Source: an uncultured Gemmatimonadales bacterium
Lineage (GTDB): Bacteria > Gemmatimonadota > Gemmatimonadetes > Longimicrobiales > Gaopeijiaceae
DNA: 64,000 nucleotides
Direction of reading: 5' to 3'
Assembly: GCA_963809895.1 (NCBI GenBank)
Contig: CAWELD010000003.1
Location: 128,001-192,000, forward strand
Shown: positions 1 to 9,741 of the stretch, in pieces
How positions within the stretch are numbered: position 1 is the first letter of the stretch
Layout of the letters: the number at the start of each line of letters is the position of its first letter
The notes under the pieces: generated by a model
Database searches by the model: none
The model's input: only the letters and a program-made list of their open reading frames with translations
What the model was told of the DNA's origin: nothing
Translations under genes and position numbers: made by a program

Positions 1-2
1 TC

Positions 3-938
3 CTCCTGCTGAACCGGCGTGGCTACAGCTCCTTCGTGCAGTGTCGGGAATGCGGCGACGTGAGGGAGTGCGAGAATTGCTCCGTGTCTCTGACGTACCA
101 CCGGGGCACCGGTCGGCTGGTGTGCCACCATTGCCGCTACGAGGAGCCGGCACCCGAGCGTTGCGTGCGCTGCGGCTCCGACGACCTGTCGTACAGAGGC
201 CTCGGCACGGAGCAGGTGGAGCGCATCGTCGTCGAGACCTTTCCCGGAGCGCGGGTGGCGCGCATGGACGTGGACACGACCTCGGGCAAGTGGTCGCACC
301 ACGAGATCCTCGGGCGCGTGGAGAGGGGCGAGGTGGACATCCTCCTGGGGACCCAGATGATCGCCAAGGGTCTGGATTTTCCCCGCGTGACGCTGGTGGG
401 CGTGGTGAACGCCGACGTGGGCATCCATCTCCCCGACTTCAGAGCCAGCGAGCGGACCTTCCAGCTTCTGAGCCAGGTCGCCGGACGCACCGGGAGGGGT
501 ACGCTGGGGGGCGAGGTGCTGATCCAGACGTCGATTCCCGAGCACTACGCGCTGCAGGCGGCGCTCACCCACGACTACGTGGCCTTCGCCACACGGGAGC
601 TCGAGGAGCGTCTGCGCCCCGCGTATCCGCCGCACGTGCGCCTGGTGAACGTGGTCGTCAGCAGCCCGGATTCCGACGCCGCCGCCGATGCGGCCGACGA
701 GGCGACACGGTGGCTCCGCCGAGGGCTCCATGGCCGTGGCGCCCCTCCGGTGGAGCTGGTGGGCCCGGCGCCGGCACCCATCGAACGGCTGCACGGCCGC
801 TGGCGGTGGCACTTCCTGCTGCGCTCCCCCTCGCCCGGCGCGCTGGGTCGGGTGTGTGGCGCGTTCGCGCGAGAATTCCGGCCAGGTGGCGGCGACGTGC
901 GCGTGGCGCTGGACCGGGATCCCACGGCCCTCCTGTGA
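3..938 (+). CDS. priA: Primosomal protein N' (C-terminal part; 5' end outside window)
   Basis: LLNRRGY followed by four CxxC pairs (CREC, CENC, CHHC, CVRC), GTQMIAKGLDFP and QVAGRTGR helicase motifs, typical D-x-DP ending; frame is open from base 3. Confidence 0.97.
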   Translation, partial: LLLNRRGYSSFVQCRECGDVRECENCSVSLTYHRGTGRLVCHHCRYEEPAPERCVRCGSDDLSYRGLGTEQVERIVVETFPGARVARMDVDTTSGKWSHHEILGRVERGEVDILLGTQMIAKGLDFPRVTLVGVVNADVGIHLPDFRASERTFQLLSQVAGRTGRGTLGGEVLIQTSIPEHYALQAALTHDYVAFATRELEERLRPAYPPHVRLVNVVVSSPDSDAAADAADEATRWLRRGLHGRGAPPVELVGPAPAPIERLHGRWRWHFLLRSPSPGALGRVCGAFAREFRPGGGDVRVALDRDPTALL

Positions 939-1055
939 GGGTGGGTACCCCCCGTCGCGCGGGGGTCACGACCGTTGCTCGGCCTCCTCGCGGGACATTA
1001 GAATCGAGGGCGACGGCACCCGCATCCCATCCGTCGCCGGAGTGAATCGCCTGCC

Positions 1056-1619
1056 ATGGGCTGTCTCGCGCTCAACGCCTCGTTCGAACCGCTCACCCTG
1101 GTTCCGGTGAGACGGGCGGTCCGTCTCGTGCTCGATCGCAAGGCCGAGGTCCTCGAGGTGGACGACGCGCGCCTGTTCCGGTCGGAGCGGGAGTCGGTGC
1201 CCTGCCCCTCGGTCATCCGGCTGGTGCGCTTCGTGCACGTCCCCCGCCGTTTCCGGCGCCAGGTGACCAACACCTTCCTGTTCGCCCGCGACGACTACTG
1301 CTGCCAGTACTGTGGCCGCCACCGCAGCCAGTTGCGGGGGCGCCAGTTCCTCACGCGGGACCACATCCTTCCGGTGTCCCGCGGAGGCCAGAACACCTGG
1401 GCGAACGTCGTGACCGCATGCTCGCCCTGCAACAATCGCAAGGGTGGCCGCCTCCCGGAGGAAGCGGGCATGACCCTGCGCACCGTACCGGGCGAGCCCA
1501 ACTACGTCCACCTGGTGTGGGCCGTCCGTCGCGTGACGCCGATCCAGGCGAAGTGGGTCGGCATGTTCTACGGTGAGGATGCGGTGGAGGCCCTCCGCGC
1601 CGGTCGCGGCCACCTCTGA
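1056..1619 (+). CDS. HNH endonuclease (McrA-like HNH family)
   Basis: LALNASFEP N-terminus, RDDYCCQYCG, DHILPVSRGG, TWANVVTACSPCNNRKG. Confidence 0.93.
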   Translation: MGCLALNASFEPLTLVPVRRAVRLVLDRKAEVLEVDDARLFRSERESVPCPSVIRLVRFVHVPRRFRRQVTNTFLFARDDYCCQYCGRHRSQLRGRQFLTRDHILPVSRGGQNTWANVVTACSPCNNRKGGRLPEEAGMTLRTVPGEPNYVHLVWAVRRVTPIQAKWVGMFYGEDAVEALRAGRGHL

Positions 1620-1707
1620 CGGCTTGTCAGGGTTTCGTCGGTTCGGGAGATTGGGGCATGCGTCCCCCCTGTACGGTCCCCGTCCCGGATCGCCCGCCCG
1701 CCCCCAG

Positions 1708-2685
1708 GTGGCTTCTTTGACCGAGGGTCGGGAGAAGAGACTGACCCCGCGCCCCAACCAGGCTGCGCTGGCCCTGGCGTTGGGCTACGCGGTGGTCGCC
1801 GGCCTCTATATCGTCTTCTCGTCCGAGATCGCGGCCCGCCTGTCGGCATCCGTCAGCGACCTGGCCCGCATCGAGCTCCTGAAGGGTGTGGGCTTCGTCG
1901 TGGTCACGTCGGGAGCCCTCTTCCTCCTGGCCCGTGGAATTCTGGGTGAGGTGGCGCGGCGTGGTCTGGAGTTGGCCGAGCGCAACGTGGCCCTCCAGCG
2001 CTCCGAACGGGTGGCCACCGCCGGACTGCTGGCCGCATCGCTGGCTCACGACATCAACAACGTCCTGACGTCGGTGCGCATGAGCCTCGGCCTGCTCGAG
2101 GAGGCCGAGGGCGACGCCGCGACCCGGCGAGAGATGGAGGACTCCCTGGCCCGGGTGAGCGCGCTCTCCCGTCGATTGCTCAGCGTGGCCGGCGCGGAGC
2201 GGGAGGATTCCCGGGACTACGAGCTGACCGACGCCGTAGATGAAGGCCTCGCGCTGGCCGCCATTCACGTCGACGTGCGGCGCTGCACGGTGGAGCGTGC
2301 GTACCCGGGACATGCGATCCGACTGCGGGGGCCGGCGCGCCTACTGAGCCGGGCGGTCCTGAACCTGGTGGTGAACGCCGCCGAAGCGACGGGTCCGGGG
2401 GGCCGCATTCGCGTGGTGGCGAGGGCTCGGGACGCGGGCGGGGTGGTGGAGGTGCACGACGACGGGCCCGGGCTGAGCGGCGAGGGCGAGGCGGCCATCT
2501 TCCAGCCGTTCTACACGACCAAGAAGACCGGCACCGGCCTCGGACTGCTCTCCGTACGGGCCTGCGCCGAGGAGCACGGAGGCTCGGTGGAGGTGATCGA
2601 GTCCGCGCTCGGAGGGGCAGCCTTCCGCATGAACCTGCCCGGTGTGGACGAGAGGACCGGGGATCAGTCGTCCAGCCAGGCGTAG
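1708..2685 (+). CDS. Membrane-bound sensor histidine kinase (start uncertain, 1573-1740)
   Basis: Two TM segments, H-box AHDINN, N-box NLVVNA, DDGPG, FQPFYTTK, GTGLGL. Confidence 0.9.
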   Translation: MASLTEGREKRLTPRPNQAALALALGYAVVAGLYIVFSSEIAARLSASVSDLARIELLKGVGFVVVTSGALFLLARGILGEVARRGLELAERNVALQRSERVATAGLLAASLAHDINNVLTSVRMSLGLLEEAEGDAATRREMEDSLARVSALSRRLLSVAGAEREDSRDYELTDAVDEGLALAAIHVDVRRCTVERAYPGHAIRLRGPARLLSRAVLNLVVNAAEATGPGGRIRVVARARDAGGVVEVHDDGPGLSGEGEAAIFQPFYTTKKTGTGLGLLSVRACAEEHGGSVEVIESALGGAAFRMNLPGVDERTGDQSSSQA

Positions 2686-3128
2686 GGGCGCTCGTAGAAC
2701 TGGCCGCACCCGCGGATCCCTCCATTCGTCGTGCGTTCCTTCCAGCGGATGACCCAGCCGCGCACCTCGTCCTGGAGCACCTCGTACTCGAAGTGGGTGG
2801 ATTCGGCGCGCTCCGCCAGGAAGCGCGAGAGGTTCGGGGGCAGGTTGGGGATCCCCTCGACCTCCACGTCGGTGCGGTGCTCCAACAGCGCCAGTTGCGC
2901 CTGAGACGCGGCGAGCTTCAGGGACCGCAGAGCCTCTTCCACCGAAGACAACACCTCGCCCAGCGCTTCGGCCGGCGAGGCGCCGGTGCGCCGCATGATC
3001 TCGCGGACCAGCGCACCCGTGCCCGGCGCCTCCAGCTCGTCGCGGATGCGTCGCAGCTGGGACGTCAGGCGTTCGTGGAGGCGCAGCAGCTGGGCGTACT
3101 CGCGCCGTGCGCTGTAGAGGTCGTCCAC
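2664..3128 (-). CDS. Hypothetical protein (helical N-terminus, small beta-rich C-terminus)
   Basis: Protein-like composition from GTG at 3128 (VDDLYSARREY...RPYAWLDD); GGAG upstream. Confidence 0.7.
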   Translation of the reverse strand: MDDLYSARREYAQLLRLHERLTSQLRRIRDELEAPGTGALVREIMRRTGASPAEALGEVLSSVEEALRSLKLAASQAQLALLEHRTDVEVEGIPNLPPNLSRFLAERAESTHFEYEVLQDEVRGWVIRWKERTTNGGIRGCGQFYERPYAWLDD

Positions 3129-3208
3129 GGGCGGGTCTCCGGAGGATGGATGGGACGACAGGGAATTAACCGGCCCCGGGGCCGGGCCGCAACGGTCGAC
3201 GGGAGCGC

Positions 3209-3568
3209 TCAGCCCTCGTCCTCGCGCCCCTCCCGGGCTTCGAGGGCGTCGAGGAGCTCTCGTTCCCGCTCCAACGCCTCGCGCACGACTCGAAGGGAGT
3301 CCGACTCCGACGGCGCGCCCCGTTCCTGGGCGTGCTCCGCCTGCAGCTTCTGCATGCGGGCGCGAGGGTGGGGGCGAAGGGGCTGGTCGTGTCGCGTGTT
3401 CCGCACCTCGTAGGCGAACACCATCTGGCGGAGCTCGCCGAGGAGCCGGAGGACCGAGTGGGAGCGATCGGGCAGCACGCCCTCTTCGTCCATGCGCACG
3501 ATCAGACGCGCGAAGTGCGTCAGCTCCTGTCGAAGCTCGTCGGCCGTGATGTCGTCGTAGCGTCCCAT
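3209..3568 (-). CDS. Hypothetical protein
   Basis: MGRYDDITADELRQEL...; helical, plausible composition; co-directional with neighbours. Confidence 0.7.
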   Translation of the reverse strand: MGRYDDITADELRQELTHFARLIVRMDEEGVLPDRSHSVLRLLGELRQMVFAYEVRNTRHDQPLRPHPRARMQKLQAEHAQERGAPSESDSLRVVREALERERELLDALEAREGREDEG

Positions 3569-3633
3569 GCTTCCGGAATACCCCACAAGCAGCGGAGCGT
3601 TGTCGCGGCTCGCCCCACTTCTTCAACACTCTC

Positions 3634-5739
3634 CTACGTCGTGAGGCGCACCCGGGCGTCGACGGCTCGCACGCCCTCCGGAAAGGCCAGGAGCGGGTTG
3701 ATGTCCAGCTCGGCGATGCCCAGGTGCTCTCCCACGAGCTGCGACACCCGCTGGATCACCTCCACCAGGGCCTCCTCGTCGGCGGCCGCCTCGCCCCGCA
3801 CTCCGCTGAGCAGCCGATGGCCCCGGAGGCCGTGGATCATGTCCCGTGCGTCCTGCTCCGACACGGGCTGGATCCGGAAGGAGACGTCACCGAGCGCCTC
3901 CACGTAGATCCCCCCGAGCCCGAACATGAGGACGGGGCCGAAGCCGGCATCGGCGCTGACCCCCACGATGGTCTCGCGACCCCCGGCGAGGAAGCGCTCC
4001 ACGAGCCAACCCCGCATGTCGGCGTCGGGGTGGGCCTCGCGCACCGAGGTCCCGATCTGCGCGACGGCGTTGCGCACGTCGACGGCGCTCCGCAGGTCGA
4101 CCCGCACGGCGCCGATGTCCGTCTTGTGGATCACGTCGGGCGAGAGGACCTTCACCACCACCGGGTACCCCATGTCCTCGGCTGCGTCCACTGCGGCGTC
4201 GGCGTCGGCGACCACCCGGTGCTCCACCGTGGGGATGCCGTAGGCCTGGAGCACCTCGAGCGCCTCGTGCTCGAGCAGCCCCGCGCGCCCCTCGCTCCGA
4301 GCCGCCTCGACGAGCGCGGCCACCCGCTCCCGATCGACTTCGAAGGAGGTGGGTTCGGAGACCGGGCGATCCAGCCAGCGCCGATAGCGGTGCATGGCCG
4401 CCAGCGCCCGCGCCGCCGACTCGGGGAAGATGTAGGCGGGGATGCCCGCCTCGTGCAGTTGCGCTTTGCCCTCGGGGAGGCCTTCTCGGCCCATGAGGAC
4501 CGCCAGAACGGGCTTGTCGGGGTGCCGCTGCCGGGCCTCCACGATGCAGGCGGCGACGTCGATCTGGCGGATGCCCAGGGGCGGCACGAACGCCGCCACG
4601 GCTGCGTCGACCCGGGCGTCCGCCAGCACGAGGTCCAGGGCGTTCCGGTAACTCTCACCCGTGGCGGAGGCGATCATGTCCACGGGATTTCGCACCGAGG
4701 CCTCTTCCGGGAGCACGTCGCGCAGGCGAGCCTGGGTGTCGGCGGTGAGCTCCACGATGTCGAGGCCTGCGGACTCGCACGCGTCGGCGATGATGATCCC
4801 CGGCCCACCCGCATTGGTCACGATGGCCACGCGGTTGCCGCGGGGTACGGGCTGGTCTTCGAAGGCCATGGCGATGTCGAAGAGCTCCTCGACACTGTCC
4901 GCTCTCAGCACACCACACTGCGCCAGCAGCGCGTCCGTGGCGTCGTCGGCACCGGCCAGCGCCCCCGTGTGAGACGAAGCGGCGCGGGCGCCCGCCCGGG
5001 TGCGGCCCGACTTTACCACCACGATGGGCTTCTTGCGGGTGACGCGGCGCGCGACACGCGTGAAGCGTCGGGGGTTCCCGAAGTTCTCCAGGTACATCAG
5101 GATCACCCGGGTGCCGGGGTCATCCTCCCAGTACTCGAGCAGATCGTTGCCGCTCACGTCCGGCTTGTTGCCCACCGACACGAAGTGGTGGATCCCGATT
5201 CCGTACTCCGCGGCGTAATCCAGGATCGTCACGCCCAGGGCGCCGGATTGGCTCATGAAGCTCATGGGCCCCGCGGGCGGCATGGTGGGCGCGAAGGTCG
5301 CGTTCATGGACAGAGCTTCCTCCGTATTGAGGATGCCCATGCAGTTGGGGCCCACCAGCCGCATCCCGTGGGCCCGGACCCGCGAGAGGAGTTCGCGCTC
5401 CCGCTCGATCCCCGGCCCGCCGACCTCCTTGAATCCGGCGGTGATCACCACCAGCGCCTTGACGCCCTTGGCGCCGCACTCGTCGACCACACGCAGCACC
5501 ACGTCCTTGGGCACCACCACCACCGCGAGATCGATGTCGTCGGGGATGTCGGTGACCGAAGGGTAGGCGGGAATGGAGTGCACTGCCCTGGCCGTCGGGT
5601 TGACGGGATACACCACCCCGCGGTATCCGTGGCGGAGGAGGTTTTCGAGGATCTGGTAACCGATGGTCCCGGGACGCCGTGATGCGCCGACCACGGCCAC
5701 GGACCCGGGACGAAACAGTGGGTCGAGTGAGGTAGGCAT
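3634..5739 (-). CDS. Acetate/acyl-CoA ligase (ADP-forming), fused alpha-beta chains
   Basis: LDPLFRPGSVAVVGAS, GPNCMG, SQSGALG, SHTG phospho-His motif, TNAGGPG, ATP-grasp HKTDIG, ELDINP. Confidence 0.95.
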   Translation of the reverse strand: MPTSLDPLFRPGSVAVVGASRRPGTIGYQILENLLRHGYRGVVYPVNPTARAVHSIPAYPSVTDIPDDIDLAVVVVPKDVVLRVVDECGAKGVKALVVITAGFKEVGGPGIERERELLSRVRAHGMRLVGPNCMGILNTEEALSMNATFAPTMPPAGPMSFMSQSGALGVTILDYAAEYGIGIHHFVSVGNKPDVSGNDLLEYWEDDPGTRVILMYLENFGNPRRFTRVARRVTRKKPIVVVKSGRTRAGARAASSHTGALAGADDATDALLAQCGVLRADSVEELFDIAMAFEDQPVPRGNRVAIVTNAGGPGIIIADACESAGLDIVELTADTQARLRDVLPEEASVRNPVDMIASATGESYRNALDLVLADARVDAAVAAFVPPLGIRQIDVAACIVEARQRHPDKPVLAVLMGREGLPEGKAQLHEAGIPAYIFPESAARALAAMHRYRRWLDRPVSEPTSFEVDRERVAALVEAARSEGRAGLLEHEALEVLQAYGIPTVEHRVVADADAAVDAAEDMGYPVVVKVLSPDVIHKTDIGAVRVDLRSAVDVRNAVAQIGTSVREAHPDADMRGWLVERFLAGGRETIVGVSADAGFGPVLMFGLGGIYVEALGDVSFRIQPVSEQDARDMIHGLRGHRLLSGVRGEAAADEEALVEVIQRVSQLVGEHLGIAELDINPLLAFPEGVRAVDARVRLTT

Positions 5740-5803
5740 ACCCAAAGGTATCGCTCTCCCCAACTGCCCTCCATGGCCCCCCACCGCACCGTGAGGCACC
5801 TGC

Positions 5804-6232
5804 ATGCCGGGAGCAACGCTCCGCCGCAGTCTGAGTTTTCGTGCCCGCCACCACTATGCCCGCCCGGGATGGGACGCCGTGCAGAACCGTGCGGCTTTCG
5901 GGAACCTCGCCGAGCCGCACGAGCACGACTATCGGCTCACGGTGTGGATCTCCGGACCCATGGAGGCGGAGACGGGCTTCGTCGTGTCGCTCGCGGACCT
6001 CGACCGCGCCCTGAGCGAGATCGTCGATCCGCTCCGGGACGGAGATCTCAACGCGCTGGTACCGCCGGTCGCCCAGGGCCGGACACTGGCCAGTTGCGAA
6101 GCGCTGGCCCACTGGTTCCGAAGCCGTATCGCCGAAGCTCTGCCCGAGGGCGTGGAGCTGGTGAGAGTCATGCTCGACGAGTCCGAGGATCTGGGCGCGT
6201 CGGTGGCGGGCGATGGGGGCCCCGTCGCTTGA
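5804..6232 (+). CDS. PTPS/QueD-family (T-fold) protein
   Basis: F-x-A-x-H, N..FG..HxH-D-Y, TGFVV-L-DLD and SCE..A pattern typical of 6-pyruvoyltetrahydropterin synthases. Confidence 0.85.
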   Translation: MPGATLRRSLSFRARHHYARPGWDAVQNRAAFGNLAEPHEHDYRLTVWISGPMEAETGFVVSLADLDRALSEIVDPLRDGDLNALVPPVAQGRTLASCEALAHWFRSRIAEALPEGVELVRVMLDESEDLGASVAGDGGPVA

Positions 6233-6293
6233 TGCCGGCGGTCGGCGGGGGCATCTTGAGCCCGTCGCTCCCCTCAATCCGGCCAGTCGCACC

Positions 6294-6758
6294 ATGACGG
6301 ACCCGAAGGACCAGACCAGCGAGGGCGGCTCGAGACCCAGGCCCGCGCGCGAGGGAGCCCCCGCTCGTCCCGCGTCAGGGGCGGGGCAGCGTCCGACGCC
6401 CGTGCGGCAGGGCATGCCCGGCGAAGCTTCTGCCGCCGAAGACGTCCCCGCGCCGGAGACCGAATTCGAAACGGCCGACGGTGGCCGTTGGAAGGCACGG
6501 GTGGCGGGCCGCGGCCGTGCGGGATCCCCGGGCGATCCGGCGGCACCCCTCCTTCTGCTGGTGTTCGAGCCTGCGGAGCCCCGGGAGCCGGAGGGTGCCG
6601 ACCCACGGCGCGAGGCCCGGGAGGCGCTGGTCGTGGCAGACACTCTCGACGGTCTCTCCGAGGACCGCCTCCGGGAGCTGCTCGACGCCTCGCGCCCGGT
6701 GGGCTTCGAGCCGGGTGATTTCTTTCCTGGAACCCGTCGCGGCCGGCAGCGAGGCTGA
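6294..6758 (+). CDS. Hypothetical protein
   Basis: Disordered N-terminus, then compact domain (FETADGGRWKARV...LLLLVFEP...LRELL). Confidence 0.65.
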   Translation: MTDPKDQTSEGGSRPRPAREGAPARPASGAGQRPTPVRQGMPGEASAAEDVPAPETEFETADGGRWKARVAGRGRAGSPGDPAAPLLLLVFEPAEPREPEGADPRREAREALVVADTLDGLSEDRLRELLDASRPVGFEPGDFFPGTRRGRQRG

Positions 6759-6898
6759 TTACCGTGTCGTTGTGACACGGGCGCCGTCATCCAGAGGACA
6801 CACTCCTTTTCGCCGTCCACCGCTCGCGGCGACGTCACCCGGCGCGGAAGCCCCGTGCTACGGGGCATTTCCGGTGCAGAGCCCCGCGATTGTGCATG

Positions 6899-6914
6899 TG
6901 GCACGGCCCCTGCT
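6899..6914 (+). promoter_or_regulatory. Sigma54 (RpoN) -24/-12 promoter
   Basis: TGGCACGGCCCCTGCT: GG-N10-GC matching the TGGCACG-N4-TTGC consensus. Confidence 0.7.
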
Positions 6915-6991
6915 CGTTCGCCCCTTGTACCAGGTCGGCACGAGCCGGCCGTCGACGAGGACGACCCCTGCGCGAGCGGGAGCGAGATATC

Positions 6992-7186
6992 ATGACGAGG
7001 AAGACGGGACGGGTGGAGCGAGGATCCGGTGAGGGGCGCGGGCGCGAAGGCGTTCCGGGCATCGTCATCGCCGAGGGGCGGCAGGGGTCGGACGAGCGAT
7101 CCCCGCGCATTTCCGCGTTCATTTGGGGAGGCAAGGTCCGTCCGACACCGACCTTGCCCTACGGCCGCTGGAAGGGCGTGGCCTGA
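6992..7186 (+). CDS. Small hypothetical protein (64 aa)
   Basis: GGGAG SD and ATG at 6992; preceded by a sigma54 promoter and followed by a terminator. Confidence 0.6.
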   Translation: MTRKTGRVERGSGEGRGREGVPGIVIAEGRQGSDERSPRISAFIWGGKVRPTPTLPYGRWKGVA

Positions 7187-7206
7187 CCCCTCCACCCACG
7201 GACTCC

Positions 7207-7256
7207 GAGGCGGCGACCTTCCGGCAATCGACCGGGGGGTCGCCGCTCTCCTTTTT
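7207..7256 (+). terminator. Rho-independent terminator
   Basis: GCGGCGACC...GGTCGCCGC stem followed by CTCCTTTTT. Confidence 0.75.
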
Positions 7257-7336
7257 AACGACCCGGGCCCATGGGCATCCCATCTCGTGAGGAGGGACGG
7301 TACCTCCAACGAGGCACAAGATTCAGGAGGTGTGTG

Positions 7337-7987
7337 ATGAGGATGCGAACGGTCGCCCTGGTGGGGGCGTTGATGCTGGGATCGGTGTCGTCGTCGTCGG
7401 CGCAGCGTCCGCAACAACAGCGGCGGATGCGGGCGGACGACGCCACACCGACGATGGGTGCCCGCGGCATGCGGGGACCCCGGGCGATGGGGCTGGATAC
7501 GCGGGTCGGCCAGCTCATGGACCGTCGATACGCGCTCGGGCTCGACGATGAGCAGATGAGCCAGCTCGGGGCGTTGCGGCAGGACGCGCACTCGCAACTC
7601 GCTCCCCTGCGCGAGGAGATGCAGGCTCTGCGGGAGGGGATTCGGGACGGGACGGTGACCGCGTCCGACGCGCGTGAACGGGGGCAGGCGTTGCGCGAGC
7701 GCGTGCAGGCCGCGGATACACCGCTCCGCGAGCGGCTCGAGAACCTGCTCACGCCGGAGCAGCGGGTGCAGCTTCGGGGACGGGCGTTGCGGGCCGGCGC
7801 CGCCAACCGTCCGGGCATGAGCGCCGGCCGTCGAGGCGGACTCCGCGGCGCGCCGGGCATGCGCCGCCGTCCTGGCGGCCAGGGAGGTCCTGCGGGGCAG
7901 GGTGGCCCACCCATGGGTCCACGCCGTGGCGGAGGTTCCCGGAACCCTGGCTTCCAGGGCTCGGCCGGGGGGTTCCCGCCGCGCTGA
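7337..7987 (+). CDS. Spy/CpxP-like periplasmic protein with Gly/Arg-rich tail
   Basis: AGGAGG SD, signal peptide, LGLDDEQ and LLTPEQ (LTxxQ) motifs. Confidence 0.85.
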   Translation: MRMRTVALVGALMLGSVSSSSAQRPQQQRRMRADDATPTMGARGMRGPRAMGLDTRVGQLMDRRYALGLDDEQMSQLGALRQDAHSQLAPLREEMQALREGIRDGTVTASDARERGQALRERVQAADTPLRERLENLLTPEQRVQLRGRALRAGAANRPGMSAGRRGGLRGAPGMRRRPGGQGGPAGQGGPPMGPRRGGGSRNPGFQGSAGGFPPR

Positions 7988-8116
7988 CCACCGCTCCACG
8001 GGGTCCCTCCGGGGCCGGTCCGCGATCCCCCGTGCGGGGAACGCGGGTCGGCCCCTAGGTTTATGCGGGTCAGTTGGCGACCACGGCTCAACATCCCTCG
8101 ACCGTCCCGTGTCCTC

Positions 8117-8683
8117 ATGGCAGCACACGATCAGCTTGATGACAGTGCGCTCGTCCGGCGTGCCCGTGGGGGCGACGAGCGAGCGTACGGCACGCTGGTC
8201 CGACGCTACATGAGGTCCGCGTACGCGGTGGCCATGTCCGTAACCGGTCGCCACGAGGACGCGGAGGACGCCGCGCAGGAGTCGTTCCTCGTAGCACTGG
8301 AACGGCTGGAGGAATGTCGGAGTCCGGAGCGCTTCGGAGGATGGTTGATGACCATCGTCCGCAATCGCTCGCGAAACCTGGTGCGCAGGGAGTCGTTGCG
8401 GGATGCGGATCCCGTGCCGGACGGCGCGAGTAGCCGCACCCCCACCCCGGACCGGGTGACGGAACGGGTGGAGCTTCGGGAGCAGTTGCAGGAGGCGCTG
8501 GATCTGCTCCCACCCATCCAGAGGGAAATCGTGTTGCTGCACGATCTGGAAGGATGGAAACATCGTGAGATCGCGGAACGGCTGGAGATCCCCTCGGGGA
8601 CGGTCCGCTCCCATCTCCACTTCGCGCGGAAAGCCTTGCGTGGAGCGCTTGGTGTGACACTGGAAACCACGAGCGACGAATGA
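8117..8683 (+). CDS. ECF RNA polymerase sigma factor
   Basis: DAEDAAQESF, FGGWLMTIVRN, REIVLLHDLEG..HREIA..GTVRSHLHFARK. Confidence 0.95.
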   Translation: MAAHDQLDDSALVRRARGGDERAYGTLVRRYMRSAYAVAMSVTGRHEDAEDAAQESFLVALERLEECRSPERFGGWLMTIVRNRSRNLVRRESLRDADPVPDGASSRTPTPDRVTERVELREQLQEALDLLPPIQREIVLLHDLEGWKHREIAERLEIPSGTVRSHLHFARKALRGALGVTLETTSDE

Positions 8684-9111
8684 GCGACATCTTCGATCGG
8701 CCAGTTGGCGCTGCCGGCACGGATGGTGAGGGCGTCGATCCCGGATTGCACGAGATCCTGCTCCTTCTCGATCCGGAGCGGGCGCGCCCCGGCTACTGGG
8801 CACGGTTCCATCGGACGGTCCTGCGCAAGGCGTCGCAGGAGCTGTCTCGCCGTCGCGCCATGGCGGCGCTCACGGTGAGCGAGATGGTGTCTTCCTGGGC
8901 TAGAGCGGTGGTGCCCACGGCCCTCATGGCCGCCGCGGCCGCGGCGGTGATGCTCCTCAACGTTCCGGTCCCGGAGCCGCCTGCCGCGGCGTCGGTCGGA
9001 GTCGAGGAGATGCTTTCCGACGGGCTCGACGGAGAACCGATCCCATCGATCCTCTCCGACGACAATCTGCCCTCGCAGGAGGGCGCGGTGTTCGCGGCGG
9101 AGATCTACTGA
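8680..9111 (+). CDS. Putative membrane anti-sigma factor
   Basis: ATGA overlap with the sigma gene; single TM helix. Confidence 0.75.
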   Translation: MSDIFDRPVGAAGTDGEGVDPGLHEILLLLDPERARPGYWARFHRTVLRKASQELSRRRAMAALTVSEMVSSWARAVVPTALMAAAAAAVMLLNVPVPEPPAAASVGVEEMLSDGLDGEPIPSILSDDNLPSQEGAVFAAEIY

Positions 9112-9593
9112 TGCCGTCAGGGCTGCGGACCCGCGTTCTGTCCCTGTCCCTGCTCGCGTTGGTCTTCGTGTCCGGAGCCGTGGTGGGCGGTGCGGTGGAT
9201 CGGCGCATGACGGACCGATCGGCCGTGGCGGGCGATGGAGGGGAGGGCGCCATGCAATCTGCCCAGGCGGATTCCGCCAGCCGTCGCATGCCCATGTACG
9301 AGCAGGTCGGGTTGCGCGAAGGTCAGCGGGTCCAGATCGACTCCATCGTGGCGCACCACCGCAGCTCCATGAAGGACCTGGACAAGGAGTTCCGGGACGA
9401 CTATGAGGCCATGCGCGAGCTTCAGCGCCAGTACCGGGAGGCCTACAACCCCCGCTATTGGGCCATCGTGGACTCCACCCGCAACGCCATCAAGTCGGTT
9501 CTGGATCCGGAGCAGGCAGCCCGTTACGACTCCCTGCTGGCCGAGAACGACCGGCATCGCCGCACCGAGCGCCCAGACACCACGAGCAACTGA
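9111..9593 (+). CDS. Exported helical protein (Spy/periplasmic sensor-like)
   Basis: TGATG overlap; N-terminal hydrophobic anchor; VGLREGQ and VLDPEQ motifs. Confidence 0.75.
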   Translation: MPSGLRTRVLSLSLLALVFVSGAVVGGAVDRRMTDRSAVAGDGGEGAMQSAQADSASRRMPMYEQVGLREGQRVQIDSIVAHHRSSMKDLDKEFRDDYEAMRELQRQYREAYNPRYWAIVDSTRNAIKSVLDPEQAARYDSLLAENDRHRRTERPDTTSN

Positions 9594-9741
9594 CGTGTGC
9601 CTTCCCGGACGCGCCCGCCGGTCGGGACCTTCGTTTCGACCGGCCGGGCCCTCGTCGTGCCTCCAGCCGAGAGGCTCGGGGACCGGGACAAGGACACGCA
9701 CACACCAGGGCCCAGCCAACGGCCCGAGAGGATGAAGAGGA

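Noticed and set aside
1056..1619. HNH nuclease as a mobile element or CRISPR/IscB-type effector
   Set aside because: Short stand-alone HNH with no RuvC, repeats, terminal inverted repeats or flanking ncRNA evident
5120..8803. 1227-aa minus-strand ORF and the many other long Arg/Pro/Gly-rich ORFs (e.g. 52426-55014, 61005-63830, 46061-48787)
   Set aside because: Shadow frames of real genes in high-GC DNA; no motifs and they overlap well-supported CDSs
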